Shown here: piece by piece, positions 10,112 through 23,594 of the stretch
Position numbering within the stretch: position 1 is the stretch's first letter
Layout of the letters: each line of letters opens with the position of its first letter
Assembly: GCA_965223795.1 (NCBI GenBank)
Contig: CBDCXL010000002.1
Coordinates: 1,696,001 to 1,760,000 of the forward strand
From: Nitrospinales bacterium
Lineage (GTDB): Bacteria; Nitrospinota; Nitrospinia; Nitrospinales; VA-1
Direction: 5' to 3'
Length of the DNA stretch: 64,000 nucleotides
Notes under the pieces: generated by a model
What the model was told of the DNA's origin: nothing
Seen by the model: the letters and a program-made list of their open reading frames with translations, nothing else
The model's database searches: none
Translations under genes and position numbers: made by a program

Positions 10112-10963
10112 TTATTTTTGCTCCCAGGTGCTCTGTATGATCGCGTACGCCCGGTGGGTCAGGTGACAGTTCTTGCAGCCCAGTTTTCCCAACGTGCCGA
10201 CATTTTTCCAGAAATTGCCGGGGTTGGGTTTGGCCTGGGTGAGTTCCGTTTTCAGCCCTTCGAAGGCGGCGTCCACCGTTTTGCCCACATAGAACAGCTT
10301 CACGTCGTCGTTGGTGTGGCATTTGCTGCACACGGACTTGAGTTCCATGAACCGCGATTTGAACCCGCGCAGCGCTTTGGCGGCGCGGTCGTACTGCCCT
10401 TCCTTGAAGTTCACCGTCACGCCTTTGAACGAGCCGGAAACCTGGCCCATGTAGTTGCCGAACTCCATTTCCTCTTCGCTCAGAGGATCGGTGATCTTGA
10501 TTTTTGAAAAAGACGGCCAGTGAAAGCGCGTCCACACGGAAACGTAGTTTTCCGCGTGGCATTTGCCGCAGGTTTTGCCGACGCCGCCGACGGCCTTGCC
10601 GATTTTCGCGGGATCGTGGGTTTTGGCGGCGGCGTTGAATTTTTTGGCCGCATCGAGATCAAAATACTCTTCCCACTCGGGCACCATCTCGGAGGCTTTC
10701 TTGTAGGCGTCGAGAAACGCGTCGGCGCTTTTGTCCAGATTGTCCCAGTCTTTCTCGCGCATGTTGACGAACACCCCGCCGAGACCGCCGCTCATCGCGT
10801 GCATCTGCTGGATCCATTTGGGTTCCTTGCTTTCGGGCGGGTAGTATTTGCTCAGGCTTTCCGGGGGCGGCTTGACGACGAGATCCTTGGCGGCGGACGG
10901 GTCGGCGAAAGCCACCAGCCAGGCGAGGACGATAAAACCTGCGAATCGGACTTGGGTGCTCAT
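10112..10963 (-). CDS. Secreted triheme c-type cytochrome (helical, cytochrome c'-like)
   Basis: Signal peptide; three CxxCH motifs (CGKCH, CSKCH, CKNCH); SD AGGAGG. Confidence 0.82.
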   Translation of the reverse strand: MSTQVRFAGFIVLAWLVAFADPSAAKDLVVKPPPESLSKYYPPESKEPKWIQQMHAMSGGLGGVFVNMREKDWDNLDKSADAFLDAYKKASEMVPEWEEYFDLDAAKKFNAAAKTHDPAKIGKAVGGVGKTCGKCHAENYVSVWTRFHWPSFSKIKITDPLSEEEMEFGNYMGQVSGSFKGVTVNFKEGQYDRAAKALRGFKSRFMELKSVCSKCHTNDDVKLFYVGKTVDAAFEGLKTELTQAKPNPGNFWKNVGTLGKLGCKNCHLTHRAYAIIQSTWEQK

Positions 10964-11050
10964 GGTACCTCCTTGATGAACGGGGACGGGGTCGCACTGT
11001 GTGGATCGTTTTACTTTAAAATAAAAGGCTTTTCGAGTTCAACGCGAAAT

Positions 11051-12058
11051 TCAGCCTTTTTCGAAGGTCCGGGTCAGGATCTCCTGTTTTTCCTTGGACC
11101 AGGCCGGGCGGTACTGAATAAGGAGCTCCGCCCGGCTCACCGGCCCGAACAAAGGATAGATGAACGTGACTTCCTTGTTGAAGGGAAGCGCGGTTTCCTG
11201 TTGCGGGGCGATGATCTCCTTGTACCGGTCGAGCTGTTCGCCCTTAGCGTCGAACAATGTGAGGACCGCGTAGAGTCTCGGGTCGCCGTTGTCGGCGGTG
11301 GGCATGAAATGCGGGACCGACGTATTGAGAAGGCCGAGCGAAAACCGGTTTCCCTCCAGGAACCGGCCGTTGACCTTGAGGTTTTCTTCCGACACGTCGC
11401 CGCGGGGAAAGCTGTGGTCGCCGGTTTTTTTCGGTGCGTGGAGCCAGCCCAGGAAAAACTTCTGCACCAGCCGGTTTTTCGAGGCCGGCATGTGGCAGGA
11501 CTGGCAGGTCTTTTCGTGGCCGGTGTTTTGCCACTCTTTATAGGTCTTTTCGTGGCAGGAGCCGCATATTTTCGATTTACGGTAGTCCTCATTGAGTTTT
11601 GTGGGGTGGGGCGGGGCATACAGGTCGTGAGGGCCGTTCATGGCGCCGTCCACCAGGTGACAGGGAACGCAGTAGACGCCGTCGTCGCGGTGCGTGAGCC
11701 GGGGCGAGGGCTTCTCGCCGTTTTTCACCACCTGCGGGATGTGGCAGGGCAGGCATTTTTCCTTGGTCCTGTTTTCCGAATCCTCGATGAAGAATTTGCT
11801 CACCCAGGCGAGGGAATGCCGGCTTTTCTTCCAGGACTCGAAAATCGTTTGGTGGCATTCGGAGCAGCGCTCGGCATTTGGGTTTTCGGTCAATTCCGCC
11901 TGGCGCACAAGGCCGGTCAACGGTTCCGGAATCCACTGCGGCTTGAAGTTGATCATGTAATAGCCGCCCGCCAAAGCCAGGACAACAAGAACCGGTGTGA
12001 GAAGCAATGCCAGACTGAAAAACCCCTTATTTTTTATATAAATGGATGACTTTCTCAT
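11051..12058 (-). CDS. Membrane-anchored pentaheme c-type cytochrome
   Basis: N-terminal TM helix; five CxxCH motifs (CSECH, CLPCH, CVPCH, CGSCH, CQSCH); W..S.H motif typical of c554-like multihemes. Confidence 0.85.
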   Translation of the reverse strand: MRKSSIYIKNKGFFSLALLLTPVLVVLALAGGYYMINFKPQWIPEPLTGLVRQAELTENPNAERCSECHQTIFESWKKSRHSLAWVSKFFIEDSENRTKEKCLPCHIPQVVKNGEKPSPRLTHRDDGVYCVPCHLVDGAMNGPHDLYAPPHPTKLNEDYRKSKICGSCHEKTYKEWQNTGHEKTCQSCHMPASKNRLVQKFFLGWLHAPKKTGDHSFPRGDVSEENLKVNGRFLEGNRFSLGLLNTSVPHFMPTADNGDPRLYAVLTLFDAKGEQLDRYKEIIAPQQETALPFNKEVTFIYPLFGPVSRAELLIQYRPAWSKEKQEILTRTFEKG

Positions 12059-12259
12059 TGATTAACATAGAATGTTATGGTATTTTGTTGTGCGTTGGCC
12101 GTTATTTTCCGCCATCCCCAGCAGACGGATCGTTGAGGTGTTCGATGGATAATCCATGCGGGGATTCGTGATTGCGATTGAATTTGACTTCGGCGCAGGA
12201 CCATTCGAAAAGAAAACGTTCCCGTTCTTATCTCTCTAGCTGCTTTCGATATCTTGGTT

Positions 12260-12275
12260 TGCGAAGAAGATACCA
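12260..12275 (-). promoter_or_regulatory. Possible sigma54 promoter for the cytochrome pair
   Basis: Minus strand TGGTAT-CTTCT-TCGCA has GG-N10-GC spacing; imperfect match to consensus. Confidence 0.3.
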
Positions 12276-12344
12276 AAATTAAAGATTTTTTTAACGGCTG
12301 TCCACAGATCGGAGGAATCGGTGAGAGTCTTGAAGGAAAAAGCG

Positions 12345-15269
12345 ATGGATGAAGGGAACCATTCCGTACCTTTAGAAAGTGGTTTGAATTCGCAGAGGAC
12401 TCAACGAGGCCTGCGCTGGACGATCCGGAAAAAAATGATGGTGTTCCTGCTTTCGGCGGGATTGCTGCCGCTGATCCTGTTTGCCGTGGTTTCCATGCAG
12501 CGTGTGGAAAATGCGATTCTCAAGATCAACGAGGACCGGCTGACTTCTCTGCGCGAAGAGAAAAAACTTCAGATCGAACAGTATTTCGATCAGATCCAGC
12601 ATCAGGTCGTCACGTTTTCCAACAACAGCATGATCGTCGATGCCATGCAGGCGTTCACGTCGGCCTTTTTTCAAGCCGAAGCGGTTTCCTCGGGGAGCTA
12701 CGGACCCCAGGAGGCAAAGCGCCTGCGGGACCGTTACACGTATCAGATGCACAACACGCCCGGCGCTCCCGCGGATGCCATGTCGCAGTGGTTTCCCAAG
12801 AAACGGGTCACCCAGATTTTACAGTCTCTTTATATCTCTGAAAACTCCAATCCCATCGGTGAAAAGGAAAAACTGAACCACGCCGGGGACCCGAGCGCCT
12901 ACAGCGATCTACATAGAAAGTACCATTCCATCATCCGTGATTACCTCGAGCGCTTCGGATACTACGATATTTTCCTGGTGGAACCGCGTTCGGGGCACAT
13001 CGTGTATTCGGTTTTCAAGGAAGTCGATTACGCGACCAGCCTGAATTCCGGGCCCTATGCGAATACGGGAATCGGCCGTGCATTCAAGAAGGCGATGCAA
13101 TCCAACGCTGCGGATTTCGTGTACATGGATGATTTCGCCCCCTACGCTCCATCCTACAACGGCGCGGCGGCGTTCATCGCTTCTCCCGTTTTTGCAAATG
13201 GGCAGAAAGTGGGTGTCCTGATTTTTCAGGCTCCCATCGACCGCATCGACGCGGTGATGACCAGCAACAAGGCCTGGAAAAAAGTCGGGCTGGGGGATTC
13301 CGGCGAAGTGTACATGGTCGGCAAGGATTTTAAAATGCGGAACAATTCCCGGTTCCTGATCGAACAGCCCCAGGAATACTTTGCGGCTTTGGAGACGTTG
13401 AAAATCGATCCGGGGCTGATTAAAAAGTCGCGCGATCTGGAAACGTCCATTGGACTCAATCAGATTAAGACGAAAGGGACCGAAAACGCGCTGGCCAACA
13501 AATCCGGCTTCGCGATTTACGACGACTATCGCGGGGCTCCTGTGCTGGGGGCTTACGGCCCGCTTGTGATCCTGGGAAATCAATGGGCGATCCTGGCTGA
13601 AATCGACGAAGCCGAAGCCATGCAGGTCACGCACGATCTTCAAATCTGGGCGGTGGTGATCTTCGCGGGATTGACGGTGCTGTTGAGTCTGGCGGCTTTT
13701 TACATCGCCGGCTGGTTTTCCAGGCCCGTATTGACCCTGGTCGACCGTGCCGAAAAAATCGCCGACGGCAACCTCAAGCAGGACGCGCTTCATATCGATT
13801 CTTCGGATGAGTTGGGTCTCTTGGGGAATTCGTTCAATAAAATGATCGAAAGCCTCAACCGGCTGGTGCGGAAAGCCGAGCGGATCGCCGAAGGCAAACT
13901 GCAGCTCAATAAAGTGACCGAAAAAATGAACGCGGGCATGGATCTGGAATCGGGCGCCCAGGCGGTCTCCAGTGAGGATAAAATAGCGGGAGACCTGGGG
14001 GAAGCGTTCCGGAAAATGGAAACCGAACTGCGCAAATTGACGGTCCAGGCCAAGACCATCGCGGAAGATGATCTCGGCAATCCTGCCCTGAAGGTTGCGA
14101 TCGACGGAGAGCTGGGTGAGCAGTTCAGGGCCATGAACGAAAAGATGCAGTATTTTGCGGGCCAGGCGAATTACATTGCGAACAACGATGTCAACAACCC
14201 GAACCTGAATGATCGCGCATCGGGAACACTGGGTTCCGCCATGTCCACCATGGTCCGCAACCTGCGTGAACTGTTGCAGACCACGCAGAATCAGGCCGAG
14301 CGCGAACGGCAGCAGGCCGAAGAGCTGCGCAGGAAAGTCAATTCGCTTCTGGAGGTGGTGAACGCCGCTTCGGAAGGCGATCTCACGCAACAGGTCACGA
14401 TCAACGGCGAAGATGCGATCGGGCAGATGGGGGAAGGGTTGTCCAAGTTTTTAAGCCGGTTGCGCACCAGCATTTCCAGCATCGGTGAAAACTCCAGGGT
14501 GCTGGATGCGTCCTCCTCCTCGTTGTCTGAGGTGAGTCAGCAGATGGCGGGCAACGCGGAGGAAACAGCAGCGCAGGCGGGCGTGGTTTCCGCAGCATCG
14601 GAGGAAGTGAGCAAAAACGTGGAGACGGTGGCGACCGGCGCGGAAGAAATGCACTCCAGCATCAAGGAAATCTCGCACAGCGCCAATGAAGCGGCAAAAA
14701 TCGCCAACGAGGCGGTGCGGGTGGCGCAGAACACGAACCAAACCGTCGGCAAGCTGGGCGAAAGCTCGGCGGAGATCGGTCAGGTGATCAAGGTGATCAC
14801 CTCGATCGCGGAGCAGACGAACCTGCTGGCTCTGAACGCCACGATCGAAGCGGCACGCGCGGGCGAGGCGGGCAAGGGATTCGCGGTGGTCGCCAACGAG
14901 GTCAAGGATCTGGCAAACCAGACGGCGAAGGCCACCGAGGAGATCAGCGAGAAGATCGAGGCGATTCAGACGGACACGGGCGGGGCGGTGTCGGCGATCG
15001 CCGAGATCAGTGATGTGATCAACAGGATCAGCGATATCTCGAACACGATCGCCAGCGCGGTGGAGGAACAGACGGCGACGACGTCGGAGATCGGCCGCAA
15101 CGTGACGGAAGCGGCGAAAGGAACGCAGGAAATCGCCGAGAACATCACGGGTGTGGCGCAGGCGGCGCAGAGCACGACACAGGGTGCCGGGGACACGCAG
15201 ACCGCATCGGGAGAGCTTTCGAGGATGGCCACAGAGCTGCAACAGCTGGTCGGTCAGTTCAAGTACTGA
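12345..15269 (+). CDS. Methyl-accepting chemotaxis protein (Cache sensor, multiple HAMP)
   Basis: Two TMs; Cache-like region ([19 protein letters not shown]); [34 protein letters not shown] signalling domain. Alternative GTG start at 12321. Confidence 0.93.
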   Translation: MDEGNHSVPLESGLNSQRTQRGLRWTIRKKMMVFLLSAGLLPLILFAVVSMQRVENAILKINEDRLTSLREEKKLQIEQYFDQIQHQVVTFSNNSMIVDAMQAFTSAFFQAEAVSSGSYGPQEAKRLRDRYTYQMHNTPGAPADAMSQWFPKKRVTQILQSLYISENSNPIGEKEKLNHAGDPSAYSDLHRKYHSIIRDYLERFGYYDIFLVEPRSGHIVYSVFKEVDYATSLNSGPYANTGIGRAFKKAMQSNAADFVYMDDFAPYAPSYNGAAAFIASPVFANGQKVGVLIFQAPIDRIDAVMTSNKAWKKVGLGDSGEVYMVGKDFKMRNNSRFLIEQPQEYFAALETLKIDPGLIKKSRDLETSIGLNQIKTKGTENALANKSGFAIYDDYRGAPVLGAYGPLVILGNQWAILAEIDEAEAMQVTHDLQIWAVVIFAGLTVLLSLAAFYIAGWFSRPVLTLVDRAEKIADGNLKQDALHIDSSDELGLLGNSFNKMIESLNRLVRKAERIAEGKLQLNKVTEKMNAGMDLESGAQAVSSEDKIAGDLGEAFRKMETELRKLTVQAKTIAEDDLGNPALKVAIDGELGEQFRAMNEKMQYFAGQANYIANNDVNNPNLNDRASGTLGSAMSTMVRNLRELLQTTQNQAERERQQAEELRRKVNSLLEVVNAASEGDLTQQVTINGEDAIGQMGEGLSKFLSRLRTSISSIGENSRVLDASSSSLSEVSQQMAGNAEETAAQAGVVSAASEEVSKNVETVATGAEEMHSSIKEISHSANEAAKIANEAVRVAQNTNQTVGKLGESSAEIGQVIKVITSIAEQTNLLALNATIEAARAGEAGKGFAVVANEVKDLANQTAKATEEISEKIEAIQTDTGGAVSAIAEISDVINRISDISNTIASAVEEQTATTSEIGRNVTEAAKGTQEIAENITGVAQAAQSTTQGAGDTQTASGELSRMATELQQLVGQFKY

Positions 15270-15284
15270 CCCGGACGGAAAGCG

Positions 15285-15322
15285 AAAAGGGGAACGGTTG
15301 TGAGGCCGTTCCCCTTTTTTTT
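15285..15322. terminator. Bidirectional intrinsic terminator between the MCP gene and pheS
   Basis: AAAAGGGGAACGGT-loop-GCCGTTCCCCTTTT plus a T run, between convergent genes. Confidence 0.85.
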
Positions 15323-15350
15323 TATTGGATTGAGAGGCGTTCCGGCGGGT

Positions 15351-16361
15351 CTAAAACTGTTTTAAAAACCGCAGGTCGTTTTCGAAAAACAGCCGGATGT
15401 CGTTGATGCCGAACTTGAGCATGGCGATCCGCTCGATGCCCAGCCCGAAGGCGAAGCCGGTCCATTTCTCCGGATCGTAGTTGACGAAGCCGAACACCGC
15501 GGGGGCCACCATGCCCGCGCCCAGAATCTCCAGCCAGCCGGTCTGCGAGCACACCCGGCAGCCTTTGCCCGTGCACATGACGCACTGGATGTCCACCTCG
15601 GCGCTCGGGCAGGTGAAAGGGAAAAAGCTGGGGCGGAAGCGCACCCGGGTCTTTTCGCCGAACACCTGGTGCACGAAAATGTTCATGATGCCCTTCAGGT
15701 GGCTGAAGGAAATGTTCTCGTCGACCATCAGGCCTTCGATCTGGTGGAACATGGGCGTGTGCGAGATGTCCGAGTCGCAGCGGTACACTTTTCCGGGAGC
15801 GATGATGCGCAGCGGCGGCGCCTGCTTTTCCATGACGTGGATCTGCACCGGCGAGGTGTGGGTGCGGAGCACGGTCTCGCCCTCGATGTAGAACGTGTCC
15901 TGCATGTCACGCGCGGGGTGGTCCTTGGGGATGTTTAGGGCCTCGAAATTGTAGTAATCCGATTCGATCTGCGGGCCTTCCTCCACCGCAAACCCGAGGC
16001 TGGTGAAGATGGCGATGATCTCTTCCATCACCTGGGTGATCGGATGCAGCGAGCCGGTGAGTTCCTTGCGGCCGGGCAATGTCGTGTCGAACGCGCCCTG
16101 TTTCGAGGCTGCGGCGCTTTGTTCCAGCGTGTCGGACTTTTCCTTGAGGCCCTGTTCGATGTGCGCCTTGAGCTCGTTGATGTGCTTGCCGAGCAGCGGT
16201 TTCTGCTCGGCGGGCAGGTCGCGCAGATCCTTCATGATTTTGGAAACCCGCCCCTTTTTTCCCAGAAACTCGATGCGCATCTGCTTGAGCTGGTCCAGGG
16301 ATGCGCAGTCCGCGAGGCTGGCATCGAATTGTTGCCGGTGCGTTTTGATAGTTTCTATCAT
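15351..16361 (-). CDS. pheS: Phenylalanine--tRNA ligase alpha subunit
   Basis: HPARDMQDTFY, LRTHTSPVQ, FRPSFFPFT, GFAFGLGIERIAML. Confidence 0.98.
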   Translation of the reverse strand: MIETIKTHRQQFDASLADCASLDQLKQMRIEFLGKKGRVSKIMKDLRDLPAEQKPLLGKHINELKAHIEQGLKEKSDTLEQSAAASKQGAFDTTLPGRKELTGSLHPITQVMEEIIAIFTSLGFAVEEGPQIESDYYNFEALNIPKDHPARDMQDTFYIEGETVLRTHTSPVQIHVMEKQAPPLRIIAPGKVYRCDSDISHTPMFHQIEGLMVDENISFSHLKGIMNIFVHQVFGEKTRVRFRPSFFPFTCPSAEVDIQCVMCTGKGCRVCSQTGWLEILGAGMVAPAVFGFVNYDPEKWTGFAFGLGIERIAMLKFGINDIRLFFENDLRFLKQF

Positions 16362-16455
16362 GCGATGGGAACGGCGATGTTTTGGGGTGGCGGGCCGGGG
16401 CTTGTCTCATGCCGGCGCAGGCGCGGCGGTTTGACACGGGCGGTTTAAAGCCCGC

Positions 16456-16812
16456 TCAGTTCAACTGCGCCAGCGCGGTTTTGGTCAGCGCCTTAAACGA
16501 TTCCTGGTTGTGGATGGCGAGGTCGGACAGGACTTTGCGGTCCAGGTCGATCTTGGCGAGCTTGAGCCCGTGCATGAACTTGCTGTAGGTCAGTCCTTCC
16601 GCCCGAACGGCGGCGTTGATGCGGGCGATCCACAGGCGCCGGAAGTCGCGCTTTCGGGTTTTGCGGTCGCGGTAACTGTAGGTCAATCCTTTCTCGACCG
16701 ATTCCCTGGCTTTGCGGTAGGCCCGGGAGCGGACGCTCCGGTAACCGGAAGCCATGCGAAGGATCTTTTTTCGCCTCCGTCTCGATATGGTTCCATTCAC
16801 TGCGCGTGGCAT
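16456..16812 (-). CDS. rplT: 50S ribosomal protein L20
   Basis: [21 protein letters not shown]; synteny with rpmI. Confidence 0.98.
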   Translation of the reverse strand: MPRAVNGTISRRRRKKILRMASGYRSVRSRAYRKARESVEKGLTYSYRDRKTRKRDFRRLWIARINAAVRAEGLTYSKFMHGLKLAKIDLDRKVLSDLAIHNQESFKALTKTALAQLN

Positions 16813-16851
16813 GGATGCTCTCCTGTCTTTTCTTGGGTTTGTGCTTGCGGT

Positions 16852-17046
16852 TTATTTGGGAAGCAGGACGCGGATCCGCTTGGCGTCACCGGGAGCCATG
16901 ATGACGGATTTCCGCAAATTGCGCTTTCGCTTCGTCGTCTTGCTGGTCAGGATGTGACTGGTGAAAGCGCGGTTCATCCTGATCTTTCCTGTGGCTGTTT
17001 TGCGAAAGCGTTTCGCCGCCCCGCGATTCGATTTCATTTTCGGCAT
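16852..17046 (-). CDS. rpmI: 50S ribosomal protein L35
   Basis: [14 protein letters not shown]; 64 aa. Confidence 0.97.
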   Translation of the reverse strand: MPKMKSNRGAAKRFRKTATGKIRMNRAFTSHILTSKTTKRKRNLRKSVIMAPGDAKRIRVLLPK

Positions 17047-17057
17047 GGGTGTTCTCT

Positions 17058-17582
17058 CTAGGGTGTTTTCTTCTTTACTTTGGGAGCCAGGATCATCATC
17101 AGGGTCCGGCCTTCCTGTTTTGGCGCCGATTCGACCACTCCCACTTCCTCGGTGTCTTCAACGACCCGCTTCAGCAGCTTTTCCCCGCCTTCGCGGTGGA
17201 CGATCTCGCGTCCTTTGAAGAAAATGACCACCTTTGCCTTGTCTCCGGCTTCCAGAAATCTCAAAACGTGTTTCAGCTTGAAGTCGTAATCGTGCTGATC
17301 GGTGTTGGGCCGAAACTTGACCTCTTTGAGGTGAACGATTTTCTGATTCTTTTTCGCTTCGTGGGCCCGCTTGCTTTGACGGTATTTGAACTTGCCGTAA
17401 TCCATGATGCGGCAAACCGGCGGGCTGGCCTGGGGCGCCACCTCAACCAAGTCCAGGTTTCTCTCCTGGGCAATGCTGATCGCTTCTTCCGTGGGCAAAA
17501 TTCCCAGCTGCTCTCCATCATCGCTGATCAGGCTGACTTCCTTAACCCGGATCATGTTGTTGACACGCTGCTTCTTATTAAT
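17058..17582 (-). CDS. infC: Translation initiation factor IF-3 (AUU start)
   Basis: [19 protein letters not shown]; in-frame ATT at 17582 with SD GGGAG 9 nt upstream, extending the ORF by INKKQRVNN. Confidence 0.95.
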   Translation of the reverse strand: MNKKQRVNNMIRVKEVSLISDDGEQLGILPTEEAISIAQERNLDLVEVAPQASPPVCRIMDYGKFKYRQSKRAHEAKKNQKIVHLKEVKFRPNTDQHDYDFKLKHVLRFLEAGDKAKVVIFFKGREIVHREGGEKLLKRVVEDTEEVGVVESAPKQEGRTLMMILAPKVKKKTP

Positions 17583-17605
17583 TAACTCTATCTCCCAAAA
17601 AGAGG

Positions 17606-19357
17606 TTAAATCGCGTCGATTGTTTTTTCCCGGATGTCTTTATTCAGCTCTTCGATAAAGTCGTTCAAGGGAAGGGTGCGTGTTTCCTTGGCCCGGCGCT
17701 TTCGGACCGCCAGGGTCCGGCTCTCCGTTTCCTTGTCCCCGAGGACCGCCATGTAGGGGATTTTCTGCAGCTGGGCTTCCCTAATCTTGAACCCAATCTT
17801 CTCATTTCGCAAGTCTTTTTCTACCCGTATTCCTTGGTCTGTAAGGCTTTGTCTCAGTTGTTCCGCGTATTCGTGCTGGCTATCGGTGATCGGAAGCAGA
17901 ATCACCTGAACCGGGGCCAGCCAGAGGGGAAAGGCGCCGGCGTAATGCTCGATCAGACAGCCGAAAAACCGTTCCAGAGACCCCATCAGAGCCCGGTGGA
18001 GCATGATCGGCTGCTGACGCTTGCCGTTTTCCTCAATATAGCTGATGTCAAATCGCTGCGGAAGATTAAAATCCACCTGCACGGTGGAAACCTGCCAATA
18101 GCGGTTCAGGCTGTCCTTGATCTTGATGTCGATCTTGGGGCCGTAAAACACGCCTTCGCCGGGATCGATCTCATAGTCGAGCCGGGTTTTTTCCAGTGCG
18201 GATTTCAAAGCCTCGGTGGCGGATTCCCAGTCCTCTGTGGACCCGACCGATTTTTCCGGCCGGGTGCTGAGGTACATCTTGTACTCGTGGAACCCGAACG
18301 ATTTGAGGATGAACAGGATGAACTCCAGCACGCGGACGATTTCTTCCTCGATCTGGCTCGGCCGGCAGAACAGGTGCGCGTCGTCCTGGGTGAAGCCGCG
18401 CACCCGCAGCAAACCGTGCAGCACGCCTGAGCGTTCGTAGCGGTACACGGTGCCCAGCTCGCCGAAACGCAGGGGCAGGTCGCGGTAGCTGCGCAGTTTG
18501 TTCTGGTAGATCTGAATGTGGAACGGGCAGTTCATCGGCTTCATGATGTATTCCCGCCCCTCGATCTCCATGCCGGAGAACATGTTCTCCTTGTAGAAAT
18601 CGGTGTGCCCGCTGATGTTCCAAAGATCCACCTTCGCCGAATGCGGGGTGTACACCAGCTCATAGCCGTTTTTGAAATGCTCCTGCTTCCAGAAATCCTC
18701 GATCAGGCTGCGGATCCGCGCCCCCTTGGGGTGCCAGAGGATGAGCCCCGGTCCCACTTCCTCGGTCACCGAGAACAGGTCGAGCTCCTTGCCCAGCTTG
18801 CGGTGGTCGCGCTTCTTCGCTTCTTCCAGCCGGTTGAGATACTGGCGCAGCTCTTTGTCGGTGTGCCAGGCGGTGCCGTAGATCCGCTGCAGCACGGGAT
18901 TGCGCTCGTCGCCGCGCCAGTAGGCGGAGGAAGTGTGCAGCAGTTTGAACGCGCCCAGGTCGCCGGTGGATTCCACGTGCGGCCCCCGGCACAGGTCGGT
19001 GAAGTCTCCCTGCGAGTACACCGAGATGGGATCGTTCGAATCGATGCCCTCGATGATCTCCTGCTTGAACGTTTCGTTCATCTCGCCGAACATTTTGATC
19101 GCTTCCTCGCGCGGGATCTCTTTGCGGGTGACCGCAAGGCCCTGTTTGGCGATCTCTTTCATGCGGGCTTCGATTTTTTCCAGGTCCTCGGGCACGAACG
19201 GGTTCTCGCGGAAAAAGTCGTAATAAAAGCCGTCCTCGATCACCGGGCCGATGGTGACCTGAGTCTCCGGGTACAGCTGCTTGACGGCCTGCGCCATCAG
19301 GTGCGCGGCGCTGTGGCGCAGTGTTTCCAGATCGTATTTTTTGGAACCTTTGCTCAT
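17606..19357 (-). CDS. thrS: Threonine--tRNA ligase (no N-terminal TGS domain)
   Basis: LRHSAAH, DLCRGPH, RDHRKLG, KPMNCP, RVRGFTQDDAH, FYGPKID; likely start MSKGSKK. Confidence 0.97.
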   Translation of the reverse strand: MSKGSKKYDLETLRHSAAHLMAQAVKQLYPETQVTIGPVIEDGFYYDFFRENPFVPEDLEKIEARMKEIAKQGLAVTRKEIPREEAIKMFGEMNETFKQEIIEGIDSNDPISVYSQGDFTDLCRGPHVESTGDLGAFKLLHTSSAYWRGDERNPVLQRIYGTAWHTDKELRQYLNRLEEAKKRDHRKLGKELDLFSVTEEVGPGLILWHPKGARIRSLIEDFWKQEHFKNGYELVYTPHSAKVDLWNISGHTDFYKENMFSGMEIEGREYIMKPMNCPFHIQIYQNKLRSYRDLPLRFGELGTVYRYERSGVLHGLLRVRGFTQDDAHLFCRPSQIEEEIVRVLEFILFILKSFGFHEYKMYLSTRPEKSVGSTEDWESATEALKSALEKTRLDYEIDPGEGVFYGPKIDIKIKDSLNRYWQVSTVQVDFNLPQRFDISYIEENGKRQQPIMLHRALMGSLERFFGCLIEHYAGAFPLWLAPVQVILLPITDSQHEYAEQLRQSLTDQGIRVEKDLRNEKIGFKIREAQLQKIPYMAVLGDKETESRTLAVRKRRAKETRTLPLNDFIEELNKDIREKTIDAI

Positions 19358-19554
19358 CGAGAGGACCGGTGTGACGGATGAAACAACCAAACGCCCCCGG
19401 AAAACGGGAGCGGTCATCGGGTTCGCGCAAGATCGCCTGAGCGCCCGGGCTGGGTGGTCTTCAGGGAAGAGGGAACCGCGGAAAACGGCGCTTGCTTTAA
19501 AAGAAAGCGCCGCGCAACTCTTTCAACATCCTGCGAGGAAACGAAACAAATCTA

Positions 19555-19626
19555 TAGGCACGGGCGGGTTCGAACCGCCGACCCCTTGCATGTCAAGCAA
19601 GTACTCTACCCCTGAGCTACGTGCCT
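19555..19626 (-). tRNA. tRNA-Val(GAC)
   Basis: AGGCACG...CTTGC TT GAC AT GCAAG...GGTTCGAACCC...CGTGCCTA cloverleaf; CCA not encoded. Confidence 0.95.
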
Positions 19627-19646
19627 GATTTGATTCAGATGGCTGT

Positions 19647-19674
19647 ATTGTATGTGTTAAAGCGTATTTGTCAA
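19647..19674 (-). promoter_or_regulatory. Sigma70 promoter for tRNA-Val/thrS
   Basis: TTGACA-16 nt-TACAAT about 20 nt upstream of the tRNA. Confidence 0.7.
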
Positions 19675-19764
19675 GACGAAGCGGCGCTTTCCCGCCAGTG
19701 GCGGCCCGCAGGCCTGTGCCGGCCGGACCGCCAGGCGTTTTTCAACGCTTCCTCATCTGTGCAA

Positions 19765-22367
<2,603 letters not shown>

Positions 22368-22375
22368 GCATGCCT

Positions 22376-23176
22376 TCAAATGTCGATCAACCCCTCCAGC
22401 GGACTGCTGGCGGAGGCGTACAGTTTTTTGGGAATGCGCCCGGCTTCGTAAGCCAGCCGGCCGCACTGCACCGCCATTTTCATGGCGACGGCCATTTTGA
22501 GCGGGTCTTTGGCGCCGGCGATGGCGGTGTTCATCAACAGGCCGTCGACGCCCAGCTCCATGGCACGGGCCGCGTCGGAGGCGGTTCCCACGCCCGCGTC
22601 GATGATGACGGGAACGCTGACCGCTTCCAGGATCAATTTGATGTTGTACGGGTTGCGGATGCCCAGCCCGGAACCGATCGGCGCCGCGAGCGGCATCACC
22701 GCGGAGCAGCCCATGTCCTCGAGCTTCTTGCACAGCACCACATCGTCCGAGCAGTACGGCAGCACCTGAAAGCCGTCCTGGATCAAAAGGCGGGACGCTT
22801 CCAGCGTGGCCTCGTTGTCCGGGAACAGGGTTTTTTCATCGCCGATCACCTCGACCTTGACGAAATTGCCCAGCCCGGCTTCGCGCGCCAGCTGGCAGGT
22901 CATCACCGCTTCCTTCACGTTGTAGCAGCCCGCCGTGTTGGGCAGGAAGGTGAATTTTTTCGGATCGAGATGATTGAGCAAAGAATCTTTGGTTTTGTCC
23001 AGCTCGATTCTGCGGACCGCCACGGTGACCACTTCCGCGCCGGACAGTTCGATGGCCTCGCGGGTCTGCTCGAACGAATCGTATTTTCCCGTCCCGACGA
23101 TCAGCCGGGACGTCAACGTTTTATCACCGATCTTGAGCGAAGACGTTTCGCTGCCGGTTGCCACTGCATTTTCCAT
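22376..23176 (-). CDS. thiG: Thiazole synthase
   Basis: [34 protein letters not shown]. Confidence 0.98.
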   Translation of the reverse strand: MENAVATGSETSSLKIGDKTLTSRLIVGTGKYDSFEQTREAIELSGAEVVTVAVRRIELDKTKDSLLNHLDPKKFTFLPNTAGCYNVKEAVMTCQLAREAGLGNFVKVEVIGDEKTLFPDNEATLEASRLLIQDGFQVLPYCSDDVVLCKKLEDMGCSAVMPLAAPIGSGLGIRNPYNIKLILEAVSVPVIIDAGVGTASDAARAMELGVDGLLMNTAIAGAKDPLKMAVAMKMAVQCGRLAYEAGRIPKKLYASASSPLEGLIDI

Positions 23177-23208
23177 GGATCGTCCTCTTGAGTTTAACGG
23201 TAACGGTG

Positions 23209-23412
23209 TCAGACACCGCCTCCGACGGCATGCACGATCTCAACGGTGTCCCCTTCCTGGATGGGAGTGTCGGGGTACTTGGATCTGGGGATCACCTGGT
23301 GATTGAGCGCCACCGCAAAGTGCGGGGCGGTGATCTTAAGTTCCCGGACCAGCTCGATGAGGTTGGCGCTGGAATGAATCTCTTTTTCTTCACCGTTGAT
23401 CGTCAGGCGCAT
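23209..23412 (-). CDS. thiS: Sulfur carrier protein ThiS
   Basis: MRLTINGE...[10 protein letters not shown](V); 67 aa; upstream of thiG. Confidence 0.93.
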   Translation of the reverse strand: MRLTINGEEKEIHSSANLIELVRELKITAPHFAVALNHQVIPRSKYPDTPIQEGDTVEIVHAVGGGV

Positions 23413-23594
23413 GTCTATTCGGTTGCCGGGGCTCCGCAAAGTGCCGGAGAACACCGGTTCATTCGGGCGCACCCATGCGGGTACACTCGAAATCGTTTCA
23501 GGAAATCGGCGCGCCGCCCGTTAGGAACAGGAAGCGGACCTGCACTAGTACCAGGGGATGTTGAAAACCAGGGTGAGATGAGTCCGGCAGGCTG

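Noticed and set aside
16362..16455. pheM-type attenuator before pheS
   Set aside because: Hairpin-like sequence is present but there is no Phe-rich leader ORF.
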